Assembly (NCBI GenBank): GCA_963754945.1 | Contig: CAVWIG010000019.1 | Location: 1 to 64,000, forward strand | DNA: 64,000 bases | Source: Methanotrichaceae archaeon | Lineage (GTDB): Archaea; Halobacteriota; Methanosarcinia; Methanotrichales; Methanotrichaceae | Direction: 5' to 3' | Shown here: one piece after another, positions 9,002-19,399 of the stretch | How positions within the stretch are numbered: the stretch's first letter is position 1 | How the letters are laid out: the number at the start of each line of letters is the position of its first letter | Program-made: the position numbers and the translations under genes | Notes under the pieces: generated by a model | Seen by the model: only the letters and a program-made list of their open reading frames with translations | What the model was told of the DNA's origin: nothing | The model's database searches: none

Positions 9002-11281
9002 TTGGCGAAAGCCAGTTTCGCTATTGTATTGATGTCGCTGGTTGCACTATGCTTCACTGCTATGGCGCAAGAGAAAACCGCAGACTACTGGCTGAAGAAA
9101 GGCCAGGAGCTGGATATAAACGGTTCTTATAACGAATCAATCCAGACATATTATAAAGCACTTAACTCGACCAATGAAACTTTGAAGAAAAATCCCAAGG
9201 ATGCGGCGGCATGGCAGACTAAAGGTCTGGTTTTGGAAAGGCTTTATCGGATCGATGAGGCGGCCATTGCTTTCAGCAAAGTCACCGAGTTGAATCCAAA
9301 GTTTGCCGAGGCTTGGCTGCACAAGGGCAAGGCTCTGGATCTGATCGCAAACAGATTGCAAGGTCAGGATCGCACCAATACCTTTGAAGATGCCATAAGG
9401 GCTTACGATAAGGCCATCGAAATAAATCCCAATTATGGTGAGGCCTGGGAAGACAAAGGCTATTCTCTCGGTTCCCTGGCCACTTTCAACAAGAACCTCA
9501 GCAAGTATAACGAGTCTCTGAATGCTTTTGACAAGGCTATCGAGCTGATACCTGCCAATGATACAAGGACCCTCGCTTTGGCCTGGGATGGCAGGGCCAA
9601 TACTTTAGTCAGCTTGGGCAACATCCTCAACGATTCTGGCAAGCTAGACGAGGCCAGAAGTAAGCGCGAGGAGGCTTTAAACGACTACAGCAAAGCCATA
9701 GAACTTGATCCAAATTTCACCGGCCTGGAGGCCCGGCTGTATAGTGCCGGCGTCCTCGGTGACCTAGGCAGATATAACGAATCAGTCGCAGCCTACGATA
9801 AGGTCATTGAGACTATGCCTGCCAACGACACCATATACGCTGCCATAGTCTGGGGAGCTAAGGGCAGCGTTCTCGAAAAGATGGGTGAACATGCGGAGGC
9901 ACTCAAGGCTTTTGACAAAGCCCTGGAACTTAACCCATCTGATACGATCGCCATGAAGGGCAGAGGCAATTCTCTGCTGGCCCTCGGCCAAAAGGCTGAG
10001 GCGGATGCTGCATATGCAAAGGCAAAGTTGCTGGGCTACAATACGTCTAATGTGATGCAGGGGAAGACTGCAGACTATTGGCTGAAGGAAGGACGGGTGC
10101 TGGAAATAAACGGATCTTACGAAAAGGCCATTGATGCATATGACAGGGCCATAGATCTTGAGCCAAACAATGCCACTCTTTACATTGCCAAAGTGCGCAG
10201 CCTCAACGTCCTGGCCACCATCACAAACAACCAGAGCAAACTCAACGAATCTATGGAGATCGTCAACAAGGCTCTCCAAATAGACCCTAAAAATCCCAAT
10301 GCCTGGGAGCTGAAAGGCGAAGTGTTCTCCCTGATAAAGAGGTATAACGAGTCCCTGGAGGCCTACGACAAGGCCATAGAGAACATAGGCAGCTACAGGC
10401 AAGATAGTCGTCTCAATCAAACCGAGTTTTCATCGTACATCTGGACCTCCAGGTCCATCTCGCTCTGGCAGCTTATGAGATACAACGAATCCCTGGAGGC
10501 TGTAGATAAGGCTGTTCAAATAGACCTTGCCGGAAACTACGATGCTTGGGTCTTTAAGGGGGAACTTCTCGCATCAGTTGGAAGATACAATGAGTCTCTT
10601 CAGGCTTTAGATGGAGCAGTAGCCATCGGCACCGCCAGCTCAAGGCCAGAGCTTGAAGCATTCCCATTGGAAAAAGAGGGCTATGTTCTCATGCAGATGG
10701 GCCGGTACGAAGAGGCTGACCAGATCTACGAAAAAATAATCGGCCTGAACTTCACCGGCGAGGGCTCAAATCGCCAACTGGCCGATGCCTGGCGGGGTCG
10801 AGGCAATGCCCTGGCCAGCCTGGGGAAGTACAACGAGTCAATGCAGGCCTTTGACAAAGCGATCGAGCTTAACTCAGATAAAGCACCCTACGCCTGGACG
10901 GGCGAGGGCGATGCCTTGTTAGCCTCCGGCAGATACGACGATGCGATCATTGCATACGACCGGGCCCTAAAACTTTATTCGGATTTCGCAGACGCAGGAA
11001 TCGCCCATGCCCAGAAGGGCAAAGGAGATTCTCTGATCAAGCTGGGCAAGCGCGAGGAGGCGCTGGCGGCTTACGGCTCAGCCGTTGGTGCTTCAGACAA
11101 GGCCATCACGGCCTTCAACAATGCCACGCCTCTTGACCGGGCGATATCTTTCACTTTCGATCCGTATCCTCTGAACCAAACGTTCTGGAACAACAGAGGT
11201 AGTATCCTGAAGGCGCTGGGCCGCACCTCAGAGGCAGACGCCGCCTTCGCAAAAGCCATGGAGCTGGGCTACAGTGGTTAG
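9002..11281 (+). CDS. Secreted tetratricopeptide-repeat protein 1 (two fused modules)
   Basis: Signal peptide ending AMA|QE; many W..KG..L..LG.Y.E...AYDKA.ELDP repeats. Confidence 0.92.
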   Translation: MAKASFAIVLMSLVALCFTAMAQEKTADYWLKKGQELDINGSYNESIQTYYKALNSTNETLKKNPKDAAAWQTKGLVLERLYRIDEAAIAFSKVTELNPKFAEAWLHKGKALDLIANRLQGQDRTNTFEDAIRAYDKAIEINPNYGEAWEDKGYSLGSLATFNKNLSKYNESLNAFDKAIELIPANDTRTLALAWDGRANTLVSLGNILNDSGKLDEARSKREEALNDYSKAIELDPNFTGLEARLYSAGVLGDLGRYNESVAAYDKVIETMPANDTIYAAIVWGAKGSVLEKMGEHAEALKAFDKALELNPSDTIAMKGRGNSLLALGQKAEADAAYAKAKLLGYNTSNVMQGKTADYWLKEGRVLEINGSYEKAIDAYDRAIDLEPNNATLYIAKVRSLNVLATITNNQSKLNESMEIVNKALQIDPKNPNAWELKGEVFSLIKRYNESLEAYDKAIENIGSYRQDSRLNQTEFSSYIWTSRSISLWQLMRYNESLEAVDKAVQIDLAGNYDAWVFKGELLASVGRYNESLQALDGAVAIGTASSRPELEAFPLEKEGYVLMQMGRYEEADQIYEKIIGLNFTGEGSNRQLADAWRGRGNALASLGKYNESMQAFDKAIELNSDKAPYAWTGEGDALLASGRYDDAIIAYDRALKLYSDFADAGIAHAQKGKGDSLIKLGKREEALAAYGSAVGASDKAITAFNNATPLDRAISFTFDPYPLNQTFWNNRGSILKALGRTSEADAAFAKAMELGYSG

Positions 11282-11321
11282 CCCGCAACATTTTTTCGAG
11301 GTAAATAAAGGAGGTTTGTAA

Positions 11322-12713
11322 ATGAAAGTCGGATTTATTATCGCTTTGTTAGCGATAGCTATGCTTTGCACCTGTGCTGTGGCGCAGGAGAAGACTGCAG
11401 ATGATTGGTTCAAAAAGGGCAGAGAGCTGATAGTAAACGGGTCCAAAGAGCAGGGCATCCAGGCCCTGAACAAAGCTCTCCAGCTCTACAACGAGAGCAT
11501 CAGTAAAAACCCGAAGGATGTCAATGCCCGACTTGGAAAGGCCAATGTATTGACCCAAATGGAACTTTCAAAGAACGATCTCGGCATGTTCAACTTATCC
11601 CAGTCGTTGTCAGCGTACGATGAGGTTCTGAAAATAGATCCGAAGAACGTCGATGCTTTAATTGTAAAAGGGTTTGTGCTGTTTGAGATGGGCTTTTCTA
11701 ATAAGGAGGATTATAACCGATCCTTAGACTCTCTGGATAAAGCCCTTCAAATAGATCCTAAAAATCCAAACGCCTGGGATTTCAGAGGCAGCACCCTCTT
11801 TGTGATGGGCAAGTACAATGAGTCTCTTGAAGCCGACGACAAAGCCATCGAGAACATAGATAGATACACCGAAATATACCCAGGTCACAGTAATAGAACC
11901 GAAGTATTGACGGAACTATGGCTATCCAAGGGCGTTACTCTACAGCAGGCAGGAAGGATTGATGAATCATTTAAAGCCTTTGATAATGCTGTTCAGATAG
12001 ATCCCAGAAACTACGATGCCTGGATGTTCAAAGGTCAGGCTCTCGATAGGATGGGGAAGTACAACGATTCTGCCAGTGCCTTTGAAAATGCATCCAAAGC
12101 CGTTCAATCAGTGCCTACAGCTTCGGGTAAAGCCTTTGCTTGGATCTCCAAAGCCGATGTGCTCGTGAAGGCAGGCAGATACGAAGAAGCAAAGGCAATC
12201 TACGATAAAGCTATCGGGCTGAACTATTCCACAAACAGTAGTCTAGATACCTTTTATCTGGCCAGCGCCTGGCGAGGAAAAGGTAGCGTTCTTGCCAAGC
12301 TTGGCGAATACAATCAATCGCTGGAGGCATTTAACAAATCCATAAAGCTGGTGAGCTGGAAAGCCTTCGAAGCATGGACCGCTGAGGGCGATGCACTAAG
12401 GGACATGGGAAGATACAACGAGTCACTCAAAGCATATGACAAGGCCATCGAAACAGCACCCAACAACTACTCGAAGATCAAGGTATGGATTGGGAAAGGC
12501 AATGTCTTAGATAAGATGAGCAAACGCGATGAGGCTTTAACGGCCTACGATAGTGCCATCAAGGACTGCGATGAATCCCTCAAGCAGTATTCTTTGGATG
12601 GAGAAGTCTGGTATTACAAAGGCACGGCTTTGAAGGCATTGGGCCATCTGGTCGAGGCGGATGCAGCTTTCATCAAAGCTAAGGGGCTGGGATATGTGAG
12701 CCAGCCGCAATAA
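11322..12713 (+). CDS. Secreted TPR protein 2
   Basis: RBS AGGAGG; signal peptide AVA|QE; TPR repeats. Confidence 0.92.
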   Translation: MKVGFIIALLAIAMLCTCAVAQEKTADDWFKKGRELIVNGSKEQGIQALNKALQLYNESISKNPKDVNARLGKANVLTQMELSKNDLGMFNLSQSLSAYDEVLKIDPKNVDALIVKGFVLFEMGFSNKEDYNRSLDSLDKALQIDPKNPNAWDFRGSTLFVMGKYNESLEADDKAIENIDRYTEIYPGHSNRTEVLTELWLSKGVTLQQAGRIDESFKAFDNAVQIDPRNYDAWMFKGQALDRMGKYNDSASAFENASKAVQSVPTASGKAFAWISKADVLVKAGRYEEAKAIYDKAIGLNYSTNSSLDTFYLASAWRGKGSVLAKLGEYNQSLEAFNKSIKLVSWKAFEAWTAEGDALRDMGRYNESLKAYDKAIETAPNNYSKIKVWIGKGNVLDKMSKRDEALTAYDSAIKDCDESLKQYSLDGEVWYYKGTALKALGHLVEADAAFIKAKGLGYVSQPQ

Positions 12714-12755
12714 ATTTTTTTGAGGGTTTGAAAAGTCGATAAAGGAGGTTTGTAA

Positions 12756-14096
12756 ATGAAAATCAAATTTGCTATCGCTCTGTTAGCGATAGCTATGCTC
12801 TGCGCCTCTGCTCTGGCGCAGGAGAACACCACAGGTTACTGGCTGAAAAAAGGTTACGAACTGAGTACAAACGGTTCCAATGAACAGGCCCTTCAAGCGT
12901 ACGAAAAGGCCATTCAGAAAGATCCTGAGAATTCCCTCGCTTGGATTAACAAAGCCAATGCGCTGTCAAGGCTAAACAGGACACCTGAATCCAACCAGGC
13001 ATATCATAAGGCCCTGGAGATCACAAATAAAACGCTGGAGGCAGATCCCAGAAATGCAACTCTATGGGTAGGAAAGGGAATACTTCTTAACAACATAGGC
13101 AATGTAGAAGAAGCTGTAAAGGCTTTTGATAACGCCAGCAAAATCGATCCTAAGGACGAAATGGCCTGGAAGATGAAGGGAGTTCTTCTTGCCAGAGATT
13201 TGCAAAGGTACGATGCTGCAGTCAAGGCGTTTGATGGTGCACTGCAGATAGATCCAAAAGATGCACAAGTTTGGAGCTTGAAGGGCGATGCTCTGAAGGC
13301 ACTCGGCCAACAGGCTGAGGCAAATGTTGCATATGCCAAGGCTAAGGATTTAGGGGACAATACATCTGCTGTGGCGCAGGAGAATACCACTGCCTATTGG
13401 ATGACCAAAGCCAGAGAGTTTTCGATAAATGGTTCCACAGAAGAGGCAATTTCGGCTTACGACAACGCCTCGAAGATAGATCCCAGGAATGAAACAGTTT
13501 GGATTCGCAAAGCTTTGGAGCTTCAGGTTTTGGGGAAAGAAAATGAATCATCCAAGACCTACGAGAAGGCGATCGCTCACCTGGATGAAGACCTGAAGAA
13601 GAATCCACAAGATGCCATAACCTGGATGAACAAAGGTCTTGCTTTAAGCAGTCTGGGCAAGCAAAATGAGTCCAACCAGGCTTATGAGAGTGCCCTGGCG
13701 ATCCTCAACAAGACTACAGAGAAAGACCCTAAGAACGTAAGCGCCTGGAGAAACAAGGCTGAAGCATTTATGCACCTTGGCAGATGGGAAGAGGGCCTGC
13801 AGTCCCTGGACAAGGTCACTCTGATCGATCCCAAGAACCTCGACACATGGGAGCGGAAAGGCGAGTTTCTCACACTGATGGGAAGGACAAACGAGTCCCT
13901 TCAAGCTTTTGACAGATCGCTTGAGCTGATACCGGCTAACGACACCAAAGAGCGATCGTTTGTCTGGATGGCCAAGGCTCAGGCCCTTTCGTATGTTGAC
14001 CGGAAGGAAGAGACCTTGAAGGCTTTAGATAAGGTCATAGAGTTTGATCCGCGATATCTAGTGGCGTGGAGCGCGAAGGGATTTCTTCTAGAGTAG
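12756..14096 (+). pseudogene. Secreted TPR protein 3, C-terminally truncated by IS701
   Basis: Ends mid-repeat (AWSAKGFLLE*); the TAG stop is the first 3 bp of the IS701 IR; lacks the conserved C-terminal tail of its paralogs. Confidence 0.85.
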
Positions 14097-14099
14097 GAC

Positions 14100-15101
14100 T
14101 TACGCAGTTGAATCTTTCGACAATGAATAATAAGGATATTTTATATATTCGCGAATTGACTCGCGAATAATTCTTCGCTTAGATTCGAACCAACTTATTC
14201 CTATTCTAAGCCTTTCTACTTCTAATCTGAGAAACGCTCTCAGGGAGAACATTATGTGTGCTCTCTGGGACTGACTTTTTCTTGCTTGACAGCTTTCGAC
14301 TCCACAGAATTGCTTTATGCCTCTGTGATATTCCTCAATCTTCCAGGAATATCCACCAAATTTTTCGCGTTTAGCTTCGTCTATCTCCAGCACGTCAGTT
14401 GCCCAGTATCCTATGTCACCGTCATTAGAGACTATCCGGAATACTTTTATAAAACCATAAGCTTTTAAATGCACTTCCCTGCCTTGCAGCGGTATCTCTA
14501 TCTCCTGAATTTGCATATTTTTGGTGTTATTCGGATTCACTAGCCTATTTTTCTTCAATCGGGTCAGCCAGTGCCATCCAGACTTTCGTATGGTTTTGAG
14601 ATTATCTACACTGGCATACCAGCTATCGAAGAGAACAATACAGGGCTGAAAACGCCGTTCTTTTGCTTTGGCAAGCATATCTCGAAAATGATCATTTTTT
14701 GTCTTGCCGTCGACATCTATATCGTAGATTCGGAAATCAACGGGAATTATAGCGTTTCCATCTGTCCACAGCAACGTACAAATATTGATTCCATTCACCA
14801 ATCGATGCTGTTTTCCACTCCATTGATGATAGACTAGGCTCATATTTTTAGCATATGGCTTGTCCAACGTCGTATCGTCAATAACCAAGAAACCATTTTG
14901 AGGCTGAACAATATCCTTTACCTCATTCCACAACGTATCCGTATCTGGAGGCTGTCTTTGTAGAAGACGGGTAAATGCATCATGCGATGGACTATTTTCT
15001 CCTACTGGCTGGCACCTTGCAGCCTCAGTACAGGTAAAAACATCTACTGATGCTATCAGAAAGTGAATATAATCAAGATCATCGCACTTGGAAGGATTCA
15101 A
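14100..15101 (-). CDS. IS701-family transposase
   Basis: IDDTTLDK, FDSWY and WKIEEYHR DDE motifs. Confidence 0.92.
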   Translation of the reverse strand: MNPSKCDDLDYIHFLIASVDVFTCTEAARCQPVGENSPSHDAFTRLLQRQPPDTDTLWNEVKDIVQPQNGFLVIDDTTLDKPYAKNMSLVYHQWSGKQHRLVNGINICTLLWTDGNAIIPVDFRIYDIDVDGKTKNDHFRDMLAKAKERRFQPCIVLFDSWYASVDNLKTIRKSGWHWLTRLKKNRLVNPNNTKNMQIQEIEIPLQGREVHLKAYGFIKVFRIVSNDGDIGYWATDVLEIDEAKREKFGGYSWKIEEYHRGIKQFCGVESCQARKSQSQRAHIMFSLRAFLRLEVERLRIGISWFESKRRIIRESIREYIKYPYYSLSKDSTA

Positions 15102-15122
15102 GTTCAGCCCTATCCCATTTAT

Positions 15123-15714
15123 TTTTAAGTGAATACCCCGCAGCTTGCTGCGGGGATGAGCATGAAAACCGACTTAAGGGTAGTTGCATATTCGGCTTAT
15201 GGTTAAATTAGGAAGGGCGAATCATTGCGTGTACAAAATTAGGTATCACATGGTTCTATGTATAAAGTATAGAAAGAAATTACTTTCTGGAAATAATAAG
15301 ATTGAATATTTCAAGTATATTTGCTCAGAATTGGGAGAACGATATCAATTTGTATTTGATGCCATTGGGACTGATGGAGATCACATACATATTTTCGTTG
15401 GAGCAGCTCCAAAGCATTCGCCATCAAGGATTATGCAAATAATAAAAAGCATAACCGCAAGAGAAATTTTCAAAAGATTTCCTGAAATCAAAAAAGCACT
15501 TTGGGGCAGCGAATTTTGGAGCGATGGGGGATATATTGGGACGGTAGGTGATGGGATATTATCGGACATAATTCGCAATTATGTCGAAATGCAAGGAACA
15601 ACGGAAGAAAAAGAAGGATTTATGCAAATGAGTTTGCTTGAATTCGATTAACTTGGCGGCGGCGGGAACATGCCCCGCCTGCTTGCAGCGGGGTCCGCCG
15701 CCGCAACGTTTGAC
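15123..15714 (+). mobile_element. IS200-type element (tnpA only), 592 bp
   Basis: The empty site in IS701 copy 2 (TTTAT|TTGTTGG) shows insertion after TTTAT with no TSD. Element ends TGAC; subterminal hairpins CCCCGCAGCTTGCTGCGGGG and CCCCGCCTGCTTGCAGCGGGG. Confidence 0.95.
15199..15651 (+). CDS. tnpA: IS200/IS605 Y1 HUH transposase
   Basis: YHMVLCIKYRK, DHIH (HUH), FWSDGGY and NYVEMQ (catalytic Tyr). Confidence 0.95.
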   Translation: MVKLGRANHCVYKIRYHMVLCIKYRKKLLSGNNKIEYFKYICSELGERYQFVFDAIGTDGDHIHIFVGAAPKHSPSRIMQIIKSITAREIFKRFPEIKKALWGSEFWSDGGYIGTVGDGILSDIIRNYVEMQGTTEEKEGFMQMSLLEFD

Positions 15715-15960
15715 TTGTTGGTATTAATATAGCATATGCAATATAAGAAGATTCTGCCAAGTGCGTAAGTCCTATGATTATTGAGCAAGTACGAATAATC
15801 GGCCAACGACTAAACTAAAACATTGAATAAGAACCTGGAGCGCAAGGTAAACGGGTAACGAGGTCGGAAAGACATTTATAATAATATGACGGGTTCTAAC
15901 TGTATGGTGGTTATACAATTTACTTTGAATAACTTGTGGCTGAGTGAGTGAATCTTTAAA

Positions 15961-16401
15961 TTAATCGCTTGTAATTTTAGCCGCAGATCGCTCAAGCTCG
16001 TCTACCAATACACGGTCTAAACGCTCGATAAGAGCTATAATTTTTGCAGCCAGATCTTTAAATTCATCATCAGGAAGAAACGCATGGTAGAAATTAGCAT
16101 GAAACCGCTCAGCTTTACTAAATACGACAACTAATGCCTTAGCATCTTCTTCTTCAAGTTTACCGAGAATAATCTCTCTTGCAAACTCAGTAAGATCTTT
16201 ATGAGTTATCTTGGGTTTTCCGTTCTCCAGAATAGAGATAGCATTAATAATGCAAGAGAGTACGCCCCACAGAGCTTCGCCAGCTTTCTCTCTATCTTTT
16301 TTCTCTAGCTCCCATTCATAATTCTGAAGATAGCGTGTTGCTCTATCTCTATATCTTTTTGCCCGCTCTAAAATGTTATACGTCATTGAATCGTATGTCA
16401 T
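15961..16401 (-). CDS. PaREP1-like HEPN-superfamily protein
   Basis: EKAGEALWG and FHANFYH motifs; AT-rich. Confidence 0.75.
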   Translation of the reverse strand: MTYDSMTYNILERAKRYRDRATRYLQNYEWELEKKDREKAGEALWGVLSCIINAISILENGKPKITHKDLTEFAREIILGKLEEEDAKALVVVFSKAERFHANFYHAFLPDDEFKDLAAKIIALIERLDRVLVDELERSAAKITSD

Positions 16402-17285
16402 ACTTTGAGATCCATCTTTGTATAAAGGATCAATTCGGCCCCGTCGACCTTTTTTGCTTTTTCGAGCCTTGCTGTAAGATAAAACGAAAAGATCAAACCA
16501 TATTCCCTAAATTTCTCTTCCCAATCAGTCTTCGAAATCAATAGATAATCTACTCCAATAAGAGAATACAAAATAAAGGTTATTGGCTCATCCTTGAGCT
16601 CTATGCGTTCTTTTTTGGCAGTGTAACGATTTTTCTGTACTTTGATAATAAGAATGATTATCGGCCCTGTATCCTATCCAATCTTGAGAAAAGGAGGACA
16701 CAGGACCATGATACCCATAGCACTCTTGGAAGATTACCTTATCGATCAGGAAGATGGACTAAAGAAGCTTCTGACCTGGTTCTTGAACCTTGTAATGCAG
16801 CTAGAAGCGGCGCAACAGGCAGATGCAGAACCGTATCAGAGAGTCGAATCCCGAAAGGCACATAGGAATGGCTACAAGGAAAGATCTCTGAAGACGCGAG
16901 TTGGAGAGCTCCGACTCAAGAAACCTCAATTCCGTGAAATTTCCTTCGAAACCAAGGTGTTCGACAGATTTTCGCGCGTAGAGAAGGCTTTGGTCAACGC
17001 TGTACTCGAATCGTATCTCCAGGGGGTTTCAACCAGGAGAATCCAAGATATTGTCTCTCGATTTGGCATCGAGAATTTATCTGCCTCTAGCGTTTCCAGG
17101 ATATCCAAAGAGCTTGACGAGAAGGTAGAAGAATTCCTGAAGAAACCTATCGAACGTCCTATTCCTTATCTTTATGTAGATGCAAGCTACTTCAAAGTAA
17201 GAACAGAATCAAGATATGTTACCAAAGCTTTCATGATCGTCACAGGTGTTAGAGATGACGGTTATCGCGAGATACTTGGCGCAAG

Positions 17286-18709
17286 GTATGTGTTTAGCTG
17301 GTTAGCTTTGCCGTTAGCATTTGGAGACAATCCAGATCTTTCTGTCCCCAGGTTGCCAGCACCGTCATGATTCGCTCGTGAATCGATGTCCCTTTTTCAT
17401 TGCGCAGCGTGCCCAAGATCTTTCTCAAAACGACATGGGGTCGCAACGCTCTCTCTGCTCTATTATTGGTCGGCTCTACGCCCGGATTAATGATAAACGT
17501 GAACCAGTAATTGAATCCGTTGCTAATTTTACCGATGAATTTTTGGATTATTTCTAGAGGATACTCTTTCATGATCCATTGCTTTAGCGCTTCTCGTGCC
17601 GAATGCCATAAATCCGCTCGGATTTCTGGTGGAGGATCACTTTCCAGAGCTTTAGTCAATGATTCATAAAGCGTTTTTAGCGCTTCATGCAACGGAATCG
17701 CTTCCTCGAACTTCTCGGCAAGGTCTTTCGATTCTCGAAGTAGATGGGCCCAACATCGTTGCAAGCGATTTGTGAATTTAGCATAAGGTTTCCACCCATC
17801 GCATACGATTATTCCCTTGAATCTCCGTGTCAGAACTTCCGTCAGAACCTTCATGCCTCGGCTCTTTCGAATCACGAAAAATGTCTCAGATTGTGTGGTA
17901 AATGTCCAGATCCAGTGTTTTTCTCCCTGGACGTGGATTGACGTTTCGTCTACGTAGAGAATCGGAGCATCTCGAATTTTGTTTAAAATCGCATCGTATT
18001 CAGATCTAACGGCATCAGCAGCGCGCCGGGTTAAATCAAGTATCGTAGCAGGACTTATTTTCAGCCCATACAGTCTCTTCAGAGCGTCTCGGATTTTTCT
18101 GTGAGGCAGTCTATCTTCGTATCTGAATAGTGTCGCCAGTGAGATTATGTTTTTACCAAATTTACCTTCGTGTGGGCAGTCAGAATTGCCTGCAACAACT
18201 TCTTTTTGGCAGCAGGGACATCTGTAATGCGCGATTTTGTATTCAGTGACGGTGATAGGTTGAGGTTCCGGAATTTCTTCAATAATCTTCGAATCAATTC
18301 GAAAAGGAAGGCCAAGTTCTGCTCCGCAATCTGGGCACAGATCCATTGTAACTTCCACTTGCTTATCTGGAGTCGCATAAGGTCTCGCTAAACCTTTGTG
18401 CCCACTCTTTTGACCGGGATTTCCCTTGAGGTTCTTATCCTGACTTATTCTTTGATTCCGCCCTCGTCTTAGACTTGGTGGAGTATGTGCATTCTCATAT
18501 TGAACTAGTCGAGCCTCAAGTTCTCGTATTTTTGCCTTAAGCAACTCATTCTCACGCTTTAAAAGCTCATTCTGTTCCCGAAGTTGCTTATTGATCTCTC
18601 CTTCGTCCATAATCCCATTTGAGGATTATTATCATTATATTATTTAATTTTTCTGGTCAAAATGGGTTAGGCAATTTTGGATTAATTCACGTGGGAGCTA
18701 AACACATAC
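17286..18709 (-). mobile_element. IS66-family element (single-ORF, ISBst12-like)
   Basis: Perfect 14-bp IR GTATGTGTTTAGCT; 8-bp TSD GGCGCAAG. Confidence 0.95.
17294..18610 (-). CDS. IS66-family transposase
   Basis: Leucine zipper, CPDCG Zn-finger, VDET, QRCWAH and TNNRAER motifs. Confidence 0.93.
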   Translation of the reverse strand: MDEGEINKQLREQNELLKRENELLKAKIRELEARLVQYENAHTPPSLRRGRNQRISQDKNLKGNPGQKSGHKGLARPYATPDKQVEVTMDLCPDCGAELGLPFRIDSKIIEEIPEPQPITVTEYKIAHYRCPCCQKEVVAGNSDCPHEGKFGKNIISLATLFRYEDRLPHRKIRDALKRLYGLKISPATILDLTRRAADAVRSEYDAILNKIRDAPILYVDETSIHVQGEKHWIWTFTTQSETFFVIRKSRGMKVLTEVLTRRFKGIIVCDGWKPYAKFTNRLQRCWAHLLRESKDLAEKFEEAIPLHEALKTLYESLTKALESDPPPEIRADLWHSAREALKQWIMKEYPLEIIQKFIGKISNGFNYWFTFIINPGVEPTNNRAERALRPHVVLRKILGTLRNEKGTSIHERIMTVLATWGQKDLDCLQMLTAKLTS

Positions 18710-19399
18710 GGCGCAAGAATAGCTGACAGTGAAGATGAACTCTTCTGGTCGGGATTATTTCAAGATCTGGCGGATCGTGGGTTGTCCGGAGTAAAGCTCG
18801 TGATATCAGATGGTCATAAGGGAATCCAGAAAGCGGTTGAGAAATCATTTCTTGGTGCTTCATGGCAAATGTGTCACGTTCACTTTTCAAGAGCGGTCTT
18901 GAGAAACGTTGCCAAGAAGTATCATAAGGAGATCGCCGATAAGATCAAGATCGCTCTGGAAGACGAAATCAAGATACAGGACTTAGCGAAAGAATTGAGG
19001 GAAAGAGGTTATGCGAAATCTGCTGACACTATCGACCGCTTCAGATTCAGTCTGTGGAATTACAGGGCATTCCCCAGAGGTCACTGGAGAAGGATTCGGA
19101 CTACAAACGGGCTGGAGAGGATCAACAAGGAGCTGAAAAGAAGATCCAGGGTAGTCGGTGCCTTCCCAAGTGAGAGCTCGTTCATGAGGTTAGGGGTTTC
19201 GATCCTCATCGATATCAACGAAGAATGGCTGACCGCTAAAAAGTATTTATCTATGGATGCTGATTGAGTATGTTGGGATACAGGGCAACTCCAAATTACA
19301 GAAATCTCGGCACACTATCTCTTTTTTATCCGGGTCCTCTATTTTTAGAATTGTCCCCTCGATAATATCTCCATCTTTAAGAGAATATGGTTTAGAGAG

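Larger units (their letters stand above)
14094..15774 (-). mobile_element. IS701-family element, copy 1, carrying a nested IS200
   Basis: IRs TAGGACTTACGCA / TGCGTAAGTCCTA; matches copy 2 apart from the IS200 insert; flanks do not form a TSD. Confidence 0.93.
16617..19319 (+). mobile_element. IS256-family element, copy 1; transposase interrupted by IS66
   Basis: Ends GGCAGTGTAACGA / TCGGCACACTATC; 8-bp TSD TCTTTTTT; 1271 bp after removing IS66, the same length as copy 2. Confidence 0.93.

Noticed and set aside
9002-14096. TPR array as an integron cassette array or DGR target
   Set aside because: GTTAGCC at 11278 simply contains the stop codon. There is no paired attC structure, integrase, reverse transcriptase or adenine-specific template/variable repeat pair.
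15651-15714. IS200 right end as an omegaRNA/TnpB guide locus
   Set aside because: No tnpB or iscB in the window; the structure is explained as the TnpA recognition hairpin.
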